61,622 bases of DNA from Nemertoderma westbladi (lineage: Eukaryota > Animalia > Xenacoelomorpha), in the NCBI GenBank assembly GCA_032718475.1, contig JAUCBJ010007384.1:1-61622 (forward strand). The letters run 5' to 3'. A program made the position numbers and the translations under genes. The notes beneath the pieces were generated by a model. It had not been told where the DNA came from and did not search any database. It saw nothing but the letters and a program-made list of their open reading frames with translations. Shown piece by piece: positions 46,906 to 60,365 of the stretch. The first letter of the stretch is position 1. Every line of letters starts with the position of its first letter.

Positions 46906-49900
46906 TTCTATTAGGTGAGCGTTCTATTCAGTGAGTGTACTATTTAGCGAGTGTTCTATTCAGTGAGTGTTACATTCAGTAAGCGTTCTATTCATTTAAA
47001 CGTTCTATTCAGTGAGTGTTCTATTCAGTGAGCGTTCTATTCAGTGAGTGTTCTATTCAGTAAACGTTATATTCCGTGAACGTTCTATTCAGTGAGTGTT
47101 CTATTCAGTAAGCATTCTATTCAGTGGACGTTATATTCAGTGAGTGTTCTATTCAGTAAGCATTCTATTCAGTGAACTTTCTATTCAGTGAGTGTTCTAT
47201 TCAGTGAGCGTTGTTTTCAGTGAGTGTTCTATTCAGTAAGCATTCTATTCAGTGAACGTTCTATTCAGTGAGTGTTCTATTCAGTGAGCGTTCTAATCAG
47301 TGAGCGTTCTATTCAGTGAGGGTTATATTCTGTGAACGTTCAATTCAGTGAGCGTTCTATTCAGTGCACGTTCAATTCAATGATCGTTCTATTCAGTGAA
47401 CGTTATATTCTGTGAACGTTCAATTCAGTAAGCATTATATTCAGTGAACGTTCTATTCAGTGAGTGTTCTATTCAGTAAGCGTTCTATTCATTTAAACGT
47501 TCTATTCAGTGAGTGTTCTATTCAGTGAGCGTTCTATTCAGTGAGTGTTCTATTCAGTAAACGTTATATTCAGTGAACGTTATATTCAGTGAGCGTTCTA
47601 ATCAGTGAGCGTTCTATTCAGTGAGTGTTACATTCAGTAAGCGTTCTATTAATTTAAACGTTCTATTCAGTGAGTGTTCTATTCAGTGAGTGTTCTATTC
47701 AGTGAGTGTTCTATTCAGTAAACGTTATATTCAGTGAACGTTCTATTCAGTGAGCGTTCTAATCAGTGAGCGTTCTATTCAGTGAGTGTTACATTCAGTA
47801 AGCGTTCTATTAATTTAAACGTTCTATTCAGTGAGTGTTCTATTCAGTAAACGTTATATTCAGTGAACGTTCTATTCAGTGAGCGTTCTAATCAGTGAGC
47901 GTTCTATTCAGTGAGTGTTCTATTCAGTAAGCATTCTATTCAGTGAACGTTCTATTCAGTGAGTGTTCTATTCAGTGAGCGTTCTAATCAGTGAGCGTTC
48001 TATTCAGTGAGGGTTATATTCTGTGAACGTTCAATTCAGTGAGCGTTCTATTCAGTGCACGTTCAATTCAATGATCGTTCTATTCAGTGAACGTTATATT
48101 CTGTGAACGTTCAATTCAGTAAGCATTATATTCAGTGAACGTTCTATTCAGTGAGTGTTCTATTCAGTATGCGTTCTATTCATTTAAACGTTCTATTCAG
48201 TGAGTGTTCTATTCAGTGAGCGTTCTATTCAGTGAGTGTACTATTTAGCGAGTGTTCTATTCAGTGAGTGTTACATTCAGTAAGCGTTCTATTCATTTAA
48301 ACGTTCTATTCAGTGAGTGTTCTATTCAGTGAGCGTTCTATTCAGTGAGTGTTCTATTCAGTAAACGTTATATTCCGTGAACGTTCTATTCAGTGAGTGT
48401 TCTATTCAGTAAGCATTCTATTCAGTGGACGTTATATTCAGTGAGTGTTCTATTCAGTAAGCATTCTATTCAGTGAACTTTCTATTCAGTGAGTGTTCTA
48501 TTCAGTGAGCGTTGTATTCAGTGAGTGTTCTATTCAGTAAGCATTCTATTCAGTGAACGTTCTATTCAGTGAGTGTTACATTCAGTAAGCGTTCTATTCA
48601 TTTAAACATTCTATTCAGTGAGTGTTCTATTCAGTAAGCATTCTATTCAGTGAACGTTCTATTCAGTGAGTGTTCTATTCAGTGAGCGTTCTAATCAGTG
48701 AGCGTTCTATTCAGTGAGGGTTATATTCTGTGAACGTTCAATTCAGTGAGCGTTCTATTCAGTGCACGTTCAATTCAATGATCGTTCTATTCAGTGAACG
48801 TTATATTCTGTGAACGTTCAATTCAGTAAGCATTATATTCAGTGAACGTTCTATTCAGTGAGTGTTCTATTCAGTAAGCGTTCTATTCATTTAAACGTTC
48901 TATTCAGTGAGTGTTCTATTCAGTGAGCGTTCTATTCAGTGAGTGTTCTATTCAGTAAACGTTATATTCAGTGAACGTTCTATTCAGTGAGCGTTCTAAT
49001 CAGTGAGCGTTCTATTCAGTGAGTGTTACATTCAGTAAGCGTTCTATTAATTTAAACGTTCTATTCAGTGAGTGTTCTATTCAGTGAGTGTTCTATTCAG
49101 TGAGTGTTCTATTCAGTGAACGTTCTATTCAGTGAGCGTTCTAATCAGTGAGCGTTCTATTCAGTGAGTGTTACATTCAGCAAGCGTTCTATTAATTTAA
49201 ACGTTCTATTCAGTGAGTGTTCTATTCAGTAAACGTTATATTCAGTGAACGTTCTATTCAGTGAGCGTTCTAATCAGTGAGCGTTCTATTCAGTGAGTGT
49301 TCTATTCAGTAAGCATTCTATTCAGTGAACGTTCTATTCAGTGAGTGTTCTATTCAGTGAGCGTTCTAATCAGTGAGCGTTCTATTCAGTGAGGGTTATA
49401 TTCTGTGAACGTTCAATTCAGTGAGCGTTCTATTCAGTGCACGTTCAATTCAATGATCGTTCTATTCAGTGAACGTTATATTCTGTGAACGTTCAATTCA
49501 GTAAGCATTATATTCAGTGAACGTTCTATTCAGTGAGTGTTCTATTCAGTATGCGTTCTATTCATTTAAACGTTCTATTCAGTGAGTGTTCTATTCAGTG
49601 AGCGTTCTATTCAGTGAGTGTTCTATTCAGTAAACGTTATATTCAGTGAACGTTCTATTCAGTGAGCGTTCTAATCAGTGAGCGTTCTATTCAGTGAGTG
49701 TTACATTCAGTAAGCGTTCTATTAATTTAAACGTTCTATTCAGTGAGTGTTCTATTCAGTGAGTGTTCTATTCAGTGAGCGTTCTATTCAGTGAGCGTTC
49801 TATTCAGTGAGTGTTACATTCAGTAAGCGTTCTATTCATTTAAACGTTCTATTCAGTGAGCGTTCTATTCAGTGAGTGTTCTAATCAGTAAACGTTATAT

Positions 49901-52900
49901 TCAGTGAACGTTCTATTCAGTGAGTGTTCTATTCAGTAAGCATTCTATTCAGTGAACGTTATATTCAGTGCACGTTCAATTCAGTGAGCGTTCTATTCAG
50001 TGAACGTTCTATTCAGTGAGTGTTCTATTCAGTGAACGTTCTATTCAGTGAGTGTTCTATTCTGTAAGCATTCTATTCAGTGAACGTTCTATTCAGTGAG
50101 TGTTCTATTCAATAAGCGTTCTATTCCGTGAACGATATATTCAGTGAGTGTTCTATTCATTAAGAGTTCTATTCAGTGAACGTTCTATTCAGTGAGTGTT
50201 CAATTCAGTGAGCGTTATATTCAGTGAACGTTCTATTCAGTGAGTTTTCTATTCAGTGAGCACTCTATTCAGTGAGTGTTCTATTCAGTAAGTGTTCTAT
50301 TCATTAAACGTTCTATTCAATGAGCGTTTTATTTAGTAAGCGTTCTATTCAGTGAAAGTTATATTCAGTGAATGTTCTATTCAGTAAGCGTTCTATTCAG
50401 TGAACGTTCTATTCAGTGAGTTTTCTATTCAGTGAGCACTCTATTCAGTGACTGTTCTATTCAGTAAGTGTTCTATTCATTAAACGTTCTATTCAATGAG
50501 CGTTCTATTTAGTAAGCGTTCTATTCAGTGAAAGTTATATTCCGTGAGTGTTCTATTCAGTGAATGTTCTATTCAGTGAGCATTATATTCAGCGATCGTT
50601 CTATTCAGTGAACGTTCTATTGAGTAAGCGTTCTATACAGTAAACATTATATTCAGTGAGTGTTTTATTCAGTTAATGTTATATTCAGTGAGCATTATAT
50701 TCAGCGATCGTTCTATTCAGTGAACGTTCTATTGAGTAAGCGTTCTATTCAGTAAACGTTATATTCAGTGAGTGTTCTATTCAGTGAGCGTTCTATTCAG
50801 TGATCGTTCTATTCAGTGAACGTTCTATTCAGTAAGTGTTCTATTCAGTGAATGTTCTATTCAGTGAGCATTATATTCAGCGATTGTTCTATTCAGTGAA
50901 CGTTCTATTCAGTGAGTGTTCTATTCAGTAAGCGTTCTATTCAGTGAACGTTCTATTCAGTGAATGTTCTATTCAGTGAGCATTTTATTCAGTGAGTGTT
51001 ATATTCTGTGAACGTTCAATTCAGTGAGCGAAATATTCAGTGCACGTTCAATTCAGTGAGCGTTCTATTCAGTGAACGTTATATTCAGTGCACTTCAATT
51101 CAGTGAGCGTTCTATTCAGTGAACGTTCTATTCAGTGAGTGTTCTATTCAGTAAGCATTCTATTCAGTGAACGTTCTATTCAGTGAGTGTTCTATTCAGT
51201 AAGCATTCTATTCAGTGAACGCTCTATTCAGTGAGTGTTCTATTCAATAAGCGTTCTATTCCGTGAACGATATATTCAGTGAGTGTTCTATTCAATAAGA
51301 GTTCTATTCAGTGAACGTTCTATTCAGTGAGTGTTCTATTCAATGATCGTTCTATTCAGAGAGTGTTCTATTTAGTGGTGTACTATTCAGTGGGTGTTCA
51401 TTGCTGTGAGTGTTCTATTTAGTGAGTATTGTATTCAGTGAGCTTTCTATTCAGTGAGCGTTATATTCAGTGAGTGTTCTATTTAGTGAACGTTCTATTC
51501 AGTGAGCGTTCTATTCAGTGAGTGTTCTATTCAGTGAGCTTTCTATTCAGTGAGCGTTCTATTCAGTGAGCGTTATATTCAGTGAGTGTTCTATTCAGTG
51601 AGCGTTCTATTCAGTGAGTGTTCTATTCAGTGAGTGTTCTATTCAGTGAGCTTTCTATTCAGTGAGCATTCTATTCAGTGAGTGTTCTATTCAGTGAACG
51701 TTCTATTCAGTGAGCGTTCTATTCAGTGAGTGTTCTATTCAGTGAGTGTTCTATTCAGTGAACGTTCTACTCTGTGAGCGTTCTATTCAGTGAGTGTTCT
51801 ATTCAGTGAGCTTTCTATTCAGTGAGCGTTATATTCCGTGAGCGTTCTATTCAGTGAGTGTTCTATTCAGTGAGCGTTCTATTCAGTGAGTGTTCTATTC
51901 AGTGAGTGTTCTATTCAGTGAGTGTTCTATTCAGTGAGATTTCTATTCAGTGAGCGTTCTATTCAGTGAGTGTTATATTCAGTGAACGTTCTATTCAGTG
52001 AGCGTTCTATTCAGTGAGTGTTCTATTCAGTGAACGTTCTATTCCGTGAGCGTTCTATTCAGTGAGTGTTCTATTCAGTGAGCTTTCTATTCAGTGAGCG
52101 TTATATTCCGTGAGCGTTCTATTCAGTGAGTGTTCTATTCAGTGAGCGTTCTATTCAGTGAGTGTTCTATTCAGTGAGTGTTCTATTCAGTGAGTGTTCT
52201 ATTCAGTGAGCTTTCTATTCAGTGAGCGTTCTATTCAGTGAGTGTTATATTCAGTGAACGTTCTATTCAGTGAGCGTTCTATTCAGTGAGTGTTCTATTC
52301 AGTGAACGTTCTATTCCGTGAGCGTTCTATTCAGTGAGTGTTCTATTCAGTGAGCTTTCTATTTAGTGAGCGTTATATTCAGTGAACGTTCTATTCAGTG
52401 AGCGTTCTATTCAGTGAATGTTCTATTCAGTGAACGTTCTATTGCGTGAGCGTTCTATTCAGTGAGTGTTCTATTCAGTGAGCTTTCTATTTAGTGAGCG
52501 TTATATTCCGTGAGCGTTCTATTCAGTGAGTGTTCTATTCAGTGAGTGTTCTATTCAGCGAGCTTTCTATTCAGTGAGCGTTGTATTCAGTGAGTGTTAT
52601 ATTCAGTGAACGTTCTATTCAGTGAGCGTTCTATTCAGTGAGTGTTCTATTCAGTGAGCTTTCTATTCAGTGAGCGTTCTATTCAGTGTGCGTTCTATTC
52701 AGTGAGTGTTCTATTCGGTGAGTGTTCTATTCAGTGAGTGTTCTATTCAGTGAGTGTTCTATTAGTGAGCGTTCTCTTCAGTGAACGTTATATTAAGTAA
52801 GCATTCTATTTAGTGAGTGTTCTATTCAGTGAGCGTTCTTTTCAGTGAACGTTCTATTCAGTGAGTGTTCTATTGAGTGAGCGTTCCACGCAATGAACGT

Positions 52901-52979
52901 TCTATTCAGTGAGCGTTCTATTCAGTGAGCATTATACTCAGAGAGCGTTATATTCCGTATACATTCTATTCAGTGAGCG
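46906..52979. repeat. 16-bp satellite array, consensus GTTCTATTCAGTGAG(C/T), about 380 copies
   Basis: 16-nt periodicity with variants (gtaagc, gtgaac, gttatatt, gagctttc). Confidence 0.98.
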
Positions 52980-55900
52980 AAATAAAAAAACTATTAGAAA
53001 GTAGCATAAATGTAGAATTTAAATTAAAAAAATACAGCACGCCGTTTATACAATTCAATAATAATTAATTCATTTGTTCTAGTCCCTCTGGTGTATAAAA
53101 AATCAGTAGACTTTAACTCTAAAGGTAAAATCTATATATCTGTTATAATAAAGATCCGTCAAAACCATAGGGCCACTATTTTTTATGTCATGGTTTTATG
53201 TAATAAAAACTTAATAATACGGTATTTGACTGCAAGCACAAAGAGGATCATCTGCATTAATGATATCAAATAGCTCCAATAAAAATTTCGATATCAAAAT
53301 TTAATTACAAAGTTTTTAAATCACACTAACTAATTTTTCAACTTTGTCTCAGATAACCAACCATCTTGGTTCAAATACCTACAAGTTAGTCATGGAATCA
53401 AAGATATATAAAATTATATATTAAAATATACATAAGTTTTGAAATGAATAAAAACGGTGTAGAAAAGTCTAACAAAGCATTTTCGGAAAAGATCTGAGTT
53501 CTAGAATGTGTTTTTGATGTGTAAATTACACAAAAATTACCAGAAAATTTAGGTGGCCCTGTGGTCGTTTTGTGTTATGTACTTTTCCTATAGAAATGTA
53601 TTGCAAACGAATATCCAACAATATATATATAATAGTCATTATATTGGAGCCGTGTAATTTCTTGCATCGGATTTTTCTAACAATTAATAGATATTATTAT
53701 TAACATGCTTATCTTGTTCTATTATTATTCGATAGTTAATGTACTAGTTTATATCTTAATTATTAAGGAGTGGCCCTATGGCCACCAGTTGGAGTTATAT
53801 ATATATATCTAATGATTGTGGCCATAAGTCATTTTGAAAGATCAAACAAAATATATATAACTTTTATATAGAATTTAGCGATCTTATGGTTGCATATTAT
53901 ATAGTATTATGTATAATCATATTCTATATAACTCCAGCAATTTCTACACTTTAGCCAAATCGGGAAATCCTTGGTAGGACTGGTCATATGGATGCACAAC
54001 ACATTTTGATGATATAAGAATATTTAATTAGTTATGTATATCTATATAACTTTATATATGTATTTGGTTTGTTTATAGGACTGTTTCTAAGATAAAACAT
54101 TTCCATTTTTAATGAAACATCAATTTCATGTTTTTGCCTAACGGACCTACACCCTATCACAACATTTAATGAATTCAAATTGTTTTTACTAACTAGTAAA
54201 CATCATTATGTGCAAATATCACGATTCAGAGTTATGACCGCTGATCATAGTACCAAACGAGAGAGAGCGAGCTTTGTTGAATAAGAAACGAAGTATGAAA
54301 TTTTGATACCTTACATTAAATTATCACAACTAAAAATGCTAAATAATAAATTAATCACATTAATATTGTAACATTTATATCAATTTACGCTATTAATTGC
54401 AGACTACAACTACCACTAACTAGACCTAAAATTATAGCTGTTGTTATAAAATAATGAATGCCCTCACGCTTTTAAAAATTTTTAATATTAATAAGCTAAA
54501 TATTATCATCTGCAACTTGAGCTGTATTCTATTTCTTCATTTATTCCAGCATTGTTCCCTTGACCTTTGGCCTCTGAAAAAATATGCTTTTACAATCCCT
54601 CGAATATACGGATAAAAAGTTTGACAAAAAATAATTATTTATGTAAAAGAATAGTCCTTTTTCAAAATTAACAAAATTAATATAAGTTTAAGATAAAATA
54701 TGCAGCCATATTACAAATTTATAAATCAAATTCCTAAATTCCATAAAACTGTATCTTTGATAAACATTTGTTATTTTATTTGCTATAATTATATTGCATT
54801 TTCGTTTCCTTTAAGTTTTAAATTCATGAAATAATTAATGATATTGTATTAATTATCCAAAATATAACTTTAAAAAAAACATAATAATAGTTATAATAAT
54901 ATGACATGCAACCATAAGACATCTCAACTGCTTATGGTGCATGATTTATTTAAACTATATTTCAGATTGAGTTTTGGTGTATTGGAAGGTTTGAGGTACT
55001 TGAAGTTTTAGCATTATTCTTTATAAACCTTTCCTACTAAATATACCGAATAATGTTGAAATTTAATAGGCAGCCATATAACGAATCATTATAAAGAACA
55101 ATTTATAAAATTGTGCATTATTACTAGATACAACAATTATTGTATTTTTCTTTTTATTCATATTTTAAATTGATAAAATAATATTTCATAATGTTTTAAT
55201 TAAAGAAATAAGGCTTTTAAAATACATATATAATATTATTTTATTTATTTGTAATAATTGTATGGAATTAATTTCGCACAAACAAATCGCCAGAGCGACA
55301 TATTTTCCAGCTTTATACCGCAGTGCGACATGTGCGCAGTGCACATTAGTTATGAAATAAGACATGCAAGCATAATACAGTCCCAGTGCTTAAGGATGCA
55401 TGTTTTATTTAAACTTTACTTTTGAAGCGAGTTTGTAGGTAATGGTTGTTTGAACATTGAACTAAGTAGATATTTCTCAAATAATTCGAGAAAATTCAGA
55501 TTTATTTTAATTTTAACATATTAATTCTGACTTTCTGACCGTTTGTCTCTCAACCCATAGCAAAAACCTATGGCATGGAGTTTTCCTAGTCTGTGATTTC
55601 ATTCCCGATTACGGTTTTCATGTTTGGTGGCATCTAGACTGTCTGTATGTCTGTCCGTTTGCCTGCCTATGTGTCTGTCAAAATAGAATATTTCACCATA
55701 CAAAGCTAAAATCTTGGGCATCTGTGTTTTATCGTTATCAGACTTCATTTTTAGTGGCATATAAACTGTTTTCGATCAGTCTTACATAATTAAATTTCGA
55801 CCACAAGTTATTATATCCCAGAATACAGGAGTTTTCGCACCAAATATACTTTTTTACCGCCCCAAATAGGTAAAATAGCCCCAAATTTCAGTTAGTCAGT

Positions 55901-57091
55901 TAGTCAGTCAGTCAGTCAGCAACGATTCGGTTCCTAATAACGGAGCTACTGATAGCTAAATTATAATTACTTAGTCAAGCTGATAAACCCATTATTGCTA
56001 ATTAAAGTTGTGTGGTTTAGCGGATCACATTACTTATCAAAGGTCAAGCAGATTATTGTATTGGAAACCGATTGCTTATTAGAGTTGTTTTCATCCAAAC
56101 CCAGTAGCTAATACACGGATTACGTATTACGCACGTGCTGTAGGAATGAATATAAGTCACTGCAAACAAGTATTGTACTTTCTGTTTTGGTCGGCCTCCA
56201 CCATACGAGTTTCGAATTATGTTTTTTTTTGAGAAGCCGTTCTGTAGTGCAGATGATCGTTGGATCCACTAATATGACATGCAACCATAAGACAGCTCCA
56301 TTGCTTATGGCTGCATGTTTTATTTAAACTTCATCTCATACATGAGTCTACATGCAATGGGTGGTATATCTAAATAGATTGAGGCACTTGAATTAAGGTT
56401 GAAATATGATATACAGCCGTATAACAGTGTAATTAGACTTAAAATAAACCTAATATTATTTAAAATAAGACATGCAACGCAATGCATTGAAATTTCCAGT
56501 GCTTATTTCAAGTTCCATGCACATTTTATCAAACTATATTCCAGTCTAGAGTTTGTAATGTAGTTCGTGGGGGCTGGTTTATCTAAATAGATATTATTCT
56601 CAGAAAAGTTTGAGTAATTTCGATTTTATTAAAGTTTTCATTTTGCTATTGGAATAACTAGGAATATTGATGTAATTAATATCCAATTTAATTTGTATCA
56701 CTAATTAATTGCAGTTATTACAACAAAGTTTCGGTAAACAATCATAAACTTAACATATAAAGGTTGCTATAAAGCTAGAGTTCAGATTTTATTTACGGTA
56801 TCAATTTTCATGTTTGGCAGCGTTTGTAAAGTTTTATGTCTGTCCGTTTGTCAGTCGATCTGTCTGTCAAAATACAATATGACACCCTACAAAGCTAAAA
56901 TCCTGGGAAATTCTGCTTTCTTGGATTCTGACTTAATTTACGGTAGCAGTTTTCATGTTTGGAAGCATTTTTACAGTTTGTATACCTCTGTCTGTTTGTC
57001 AGTCGATCTGTCTGTCAAAATACAATATGACACCCTACAAATCTTAAATCTTGGAAATGTCTGTTTTTTGGACTCTGACTTCATTTACGGT

Positions 57092-58234
57092 ATCAGTTTT
57101 CATGTTTGGCAGCATTTGTAAAGTTTGTATGTCTGTCCGTTTGTCAGTCGATCTATTAGTCCGGTAGTTTCAGAGATGTATTCTAAAGCTTTAAACTTTG
57201 GGCCCTTTTGTGCCCTTTCTACTGCAACCGTCCCATTTGTCTATCTTTTGTCTCTCTGTACCAATATTTAGTGTGAAGTTTGTGCTAGCCAGACAACCTG
57301 TGGTTAGTGAGAGCTAAAAATACGGCGCCTGTCCTTTCTCAAAATTAACTATAGATTATATAAAACATGCAGCCATAAAACCAATTCATTGCAGTTATTA
57401 ATTAAACAGACTCTTTGATAAAATTAGTAACTACAAATTATTGTACTTTCATTTCTTTTATATTTTCAAGGGATTAAATCATTTAAATAATTCAACTAAC
57501 TAACTAATTTAACCATTTATAATATTGTATTAATTAATTGACCAAAATATGACATAAAAAACATAATAATTATTATTATAATATAACATGCAACCATAAG
57601 AGAGCTCCATTGCTTAAGGCTGCATGTTTTATTTAAACTTTATCTCAGACGTGAGTTTGTTTACATGTAATGGCTGGTTTATCTAAATAGATTGAGACAC
57701 TTGAATTAAGGTTGAAATATGATATGCAACCGTATAACAGTATAATAAGACTTAAAATAAACCTAATATTATTTATAATAATGCACGCAACTGTATTGAA
57801 AGTTCTAGTGCTTATGGCTGCACGTTTTATTTAAACTGTATTCCAGAAAAGAGTTGTAATTTAGTGTGGGCTGGTTTATCTAAATAGATAATTCTCAGAA
57901 AAGTTCTCGAGTAATTCCGATTTTTTTAAAGTTTTCATTACTTGATATTGGAATAATTAGAAATATTGATGTAATTCATATCCAATTTAATTTGTATCAC
58001 TAATTAATTGCAGTTAATACATCAAAGTTACGGTAAACAATCAAAAAATTAGCATATAATAGTTGCTATGAAGCTATGCAGAAGAATCCAGACGTGTTTA
58101 AGAGATTATTTACTAAGTTAGTGATAGTTAGTTATAGAAGTATAAGTACGTTCGTCCTATAGGCCGCAACGCTGCAATACGGTACTTTACTGCGTTAAGA
58201 GTAAAACACCAGAACTCTGAAAAGTTCGCATAAT
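57092..58234 (+). repeat. ~1.14-kb segmental duplication; second copy at 60306-61444
   Basis: Near-identical by inspection from atcagttttcatgtttggcagcatttgtaaag to aaagttcgcataat; an older partial copy at ~56270-56780. Confidence 0.92.
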
Positions 58235-58284
58235 ATTGTTGCAAATGTACCAATTGTTGATATCACACGTGAACCTTTTAGAGT

Positions 58285-58797
58285 TTATTTAGGGCAGCAG
58301 TAGAGACAGCCTTCTTAGATGGGAGTCCATGCTGGTCTCTGACTGACTGCAGAGTATACAAAACCTCTGGATGGCACATTCACAATAATGCTACGCCGGG
58401 GTCATTGTGTCAAGAAGAATGAACACATCTCCATAACCAGACTGTGAACAACATCGGAAGTGCTTTATTACTCTCCGCAAGCTTTTACTTGAACTGAGCT
58501 GCCACCGCCTTGTAGGAGATTGCTTTCACCGTGTGGACCAGCCTGTGCATAATCTTGTGCTTTGGCGGCCTCATGGAACCACTATGTATGGTGGTAAGCC
58601 CATGACTTTCTTGAGACGCATTTTAAAGGACACTGGACTTGAAGATACGGATTATCTACCAAATGTCATGGGTGATAGGGAGTTGAGGTGGAGCAAATTT
58701 ATTGACAAGCCGACACATCTTTCTTAATATATTTGATATAATTAATGCAGCCGCAATGCAACATGCCGATAGTACAGTAGTAGTAGTAGTAGTAGTT
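58285..58797 (+). mobile_element. 5'-truncated, degenerate RTE/RTE-X-like LINE 3' end with (AGT)n tail
   Basis: Translates to LFRAAVETAFLDGSPCWSLT (cf. FRA.VES.LLYG.E.W.LT) and LVLWRPHG...GGKP.TF...ILKDTGL......MGDR..RW, typical of the RTE-clade ORF2 C-terminus; tail at 58776-58796. Confidence 0.7.
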
Positions 58798-58989
58798 ATA
58801 GATGTTTGTTGATACCAATAGAAAGGTAGAAGAAATATTTGGTATAAAAGTTTCATCAATTATTATCTGCTTGTAGCAATTAATCTATATGTGTACCGAC
58901 ATTTGCTGGGGCTCGTATCCATATACAATATATTAGACCAGACAGCTAAAATTTTCCATATGTAGATTTTCATCACTGATGTCATTTCC

Positions 58990-60365
58990 CATATCAGTTT
59001 TCAAGTTTGGCGGCATTTGTACAGTTTGTATGTCTGTTCGTTTGTCGAAAAACAATATGACACCCTACAAAGCTAAAATCACGGTAATGTCTGTTTTCTT
59101 GGACTCAGACTTCATTTACGGTATCAGTTTTGATGTTTGGCAGCATTTGTAAAGTTAGTATGTCTGTCCGTTTGTCAGACGATCTGTCTGTCAAAAACAA
59201 TATGACATCATACAAAGCTAAAATCCCGGGAATATCTGTTTTCTTGGACTCTGAATTCATTTACTGTATCAGTTTTCATGTATGGCAGTATTGTACAGTT
59301 TGTATGTCTGTCCGTTTGTCAGTCAATCTGTCTGTCAAAATACAATATGACACCATACAAAGCTAACATCCCGGGAATGTCTGTTTTCTTGGACTCTGAC
59401 TTCATATAGTGTATCAGATTTCATGTTTGGCAGCAATTGAACAATTTGTTTGTCTGTCCGTTTATCAGTCGATCTGTCTGTCAAAATATAATATGACACC
59501 CTGCAAATTCTAGAATCCTGTGAATGTCTGTTTTCTTGGACTCTGACTTCATTTACGGTATCAGTTTCCATGTTTGGCAGCAATTTTACAGTTTGTAAGT
59601 CTGTCAGTTTGTCTGTCAATCTGTCTGTCAAAATACAATATGACACCATACAAAGCTGACATCCCGGGAATGTCTGTTTTCTTGGACTCTGACTTCATTT
59701 AGTGTATCAGATTTCATGTTTGGCAGCAATTGAACAGTTTGTTTGTCTGTCGGTTTATCAGTCGATCTGTCTGTCAAAATACAATATGACAACCTGCAAA
59801 TTCTAGAATCCTGTGAATGTCTGTTTTCTTGGACTCTGACTTAATTTACGGTATCAGTTTCCATGTTTGGCAGCAATTTTACAGTTTGTAAGTCTGTCAG
59901 TTTGTCTGTCAATCTGTCTGTCAAAATACAATATGACACCATACAAAGCTAACATCCCGGGAATGTCTGTTTTCTTGGACTCTGACTTCATTTAGTGTAT
60001 CAGATTTCATGTTTGGCAGCAATTGAACAGTTTGTTTGTCTGTCCGTTTATCAGTCGATATGTCTGTCAAAATACAATATGACAACCTGCAAATGCTAAA
60101 ATCCTGGGAATGTCTGTTTTCTTGGACCCTGACTTCATGTACGGTATCAGTTTCATGTTTGGCAGCATTTTTGCAGTTTGTATGTCTGTCCGTTTGTCAG
60201 TCGATCTGTTTGTCAAAATACAATATGAAACCCTACAAATGCTAAAATCCTGAGAATGTCTGTTTTCTTGGACTTTGACTTCATTTACCGTATCGCATTT
60301 GCGGCATCAGTTTTCATGTTTGGCAGCATTTGTAAAGTTTGTATGTCTGTCCGTTTGTCAGTCGA
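58990..60365 (+). repeat. ~146-bp tandem array (~9 units) containing gtctgtccgtttgtc; further units at 55610-55750, 56790-57155 and 61445-61622
   Basis: acaatatgaca-like anchors recur about every 146 nt (59051, 59197, 59340, 59487, 59633, 59779, 59925, 60072, 60218). Confidence 0.9.
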
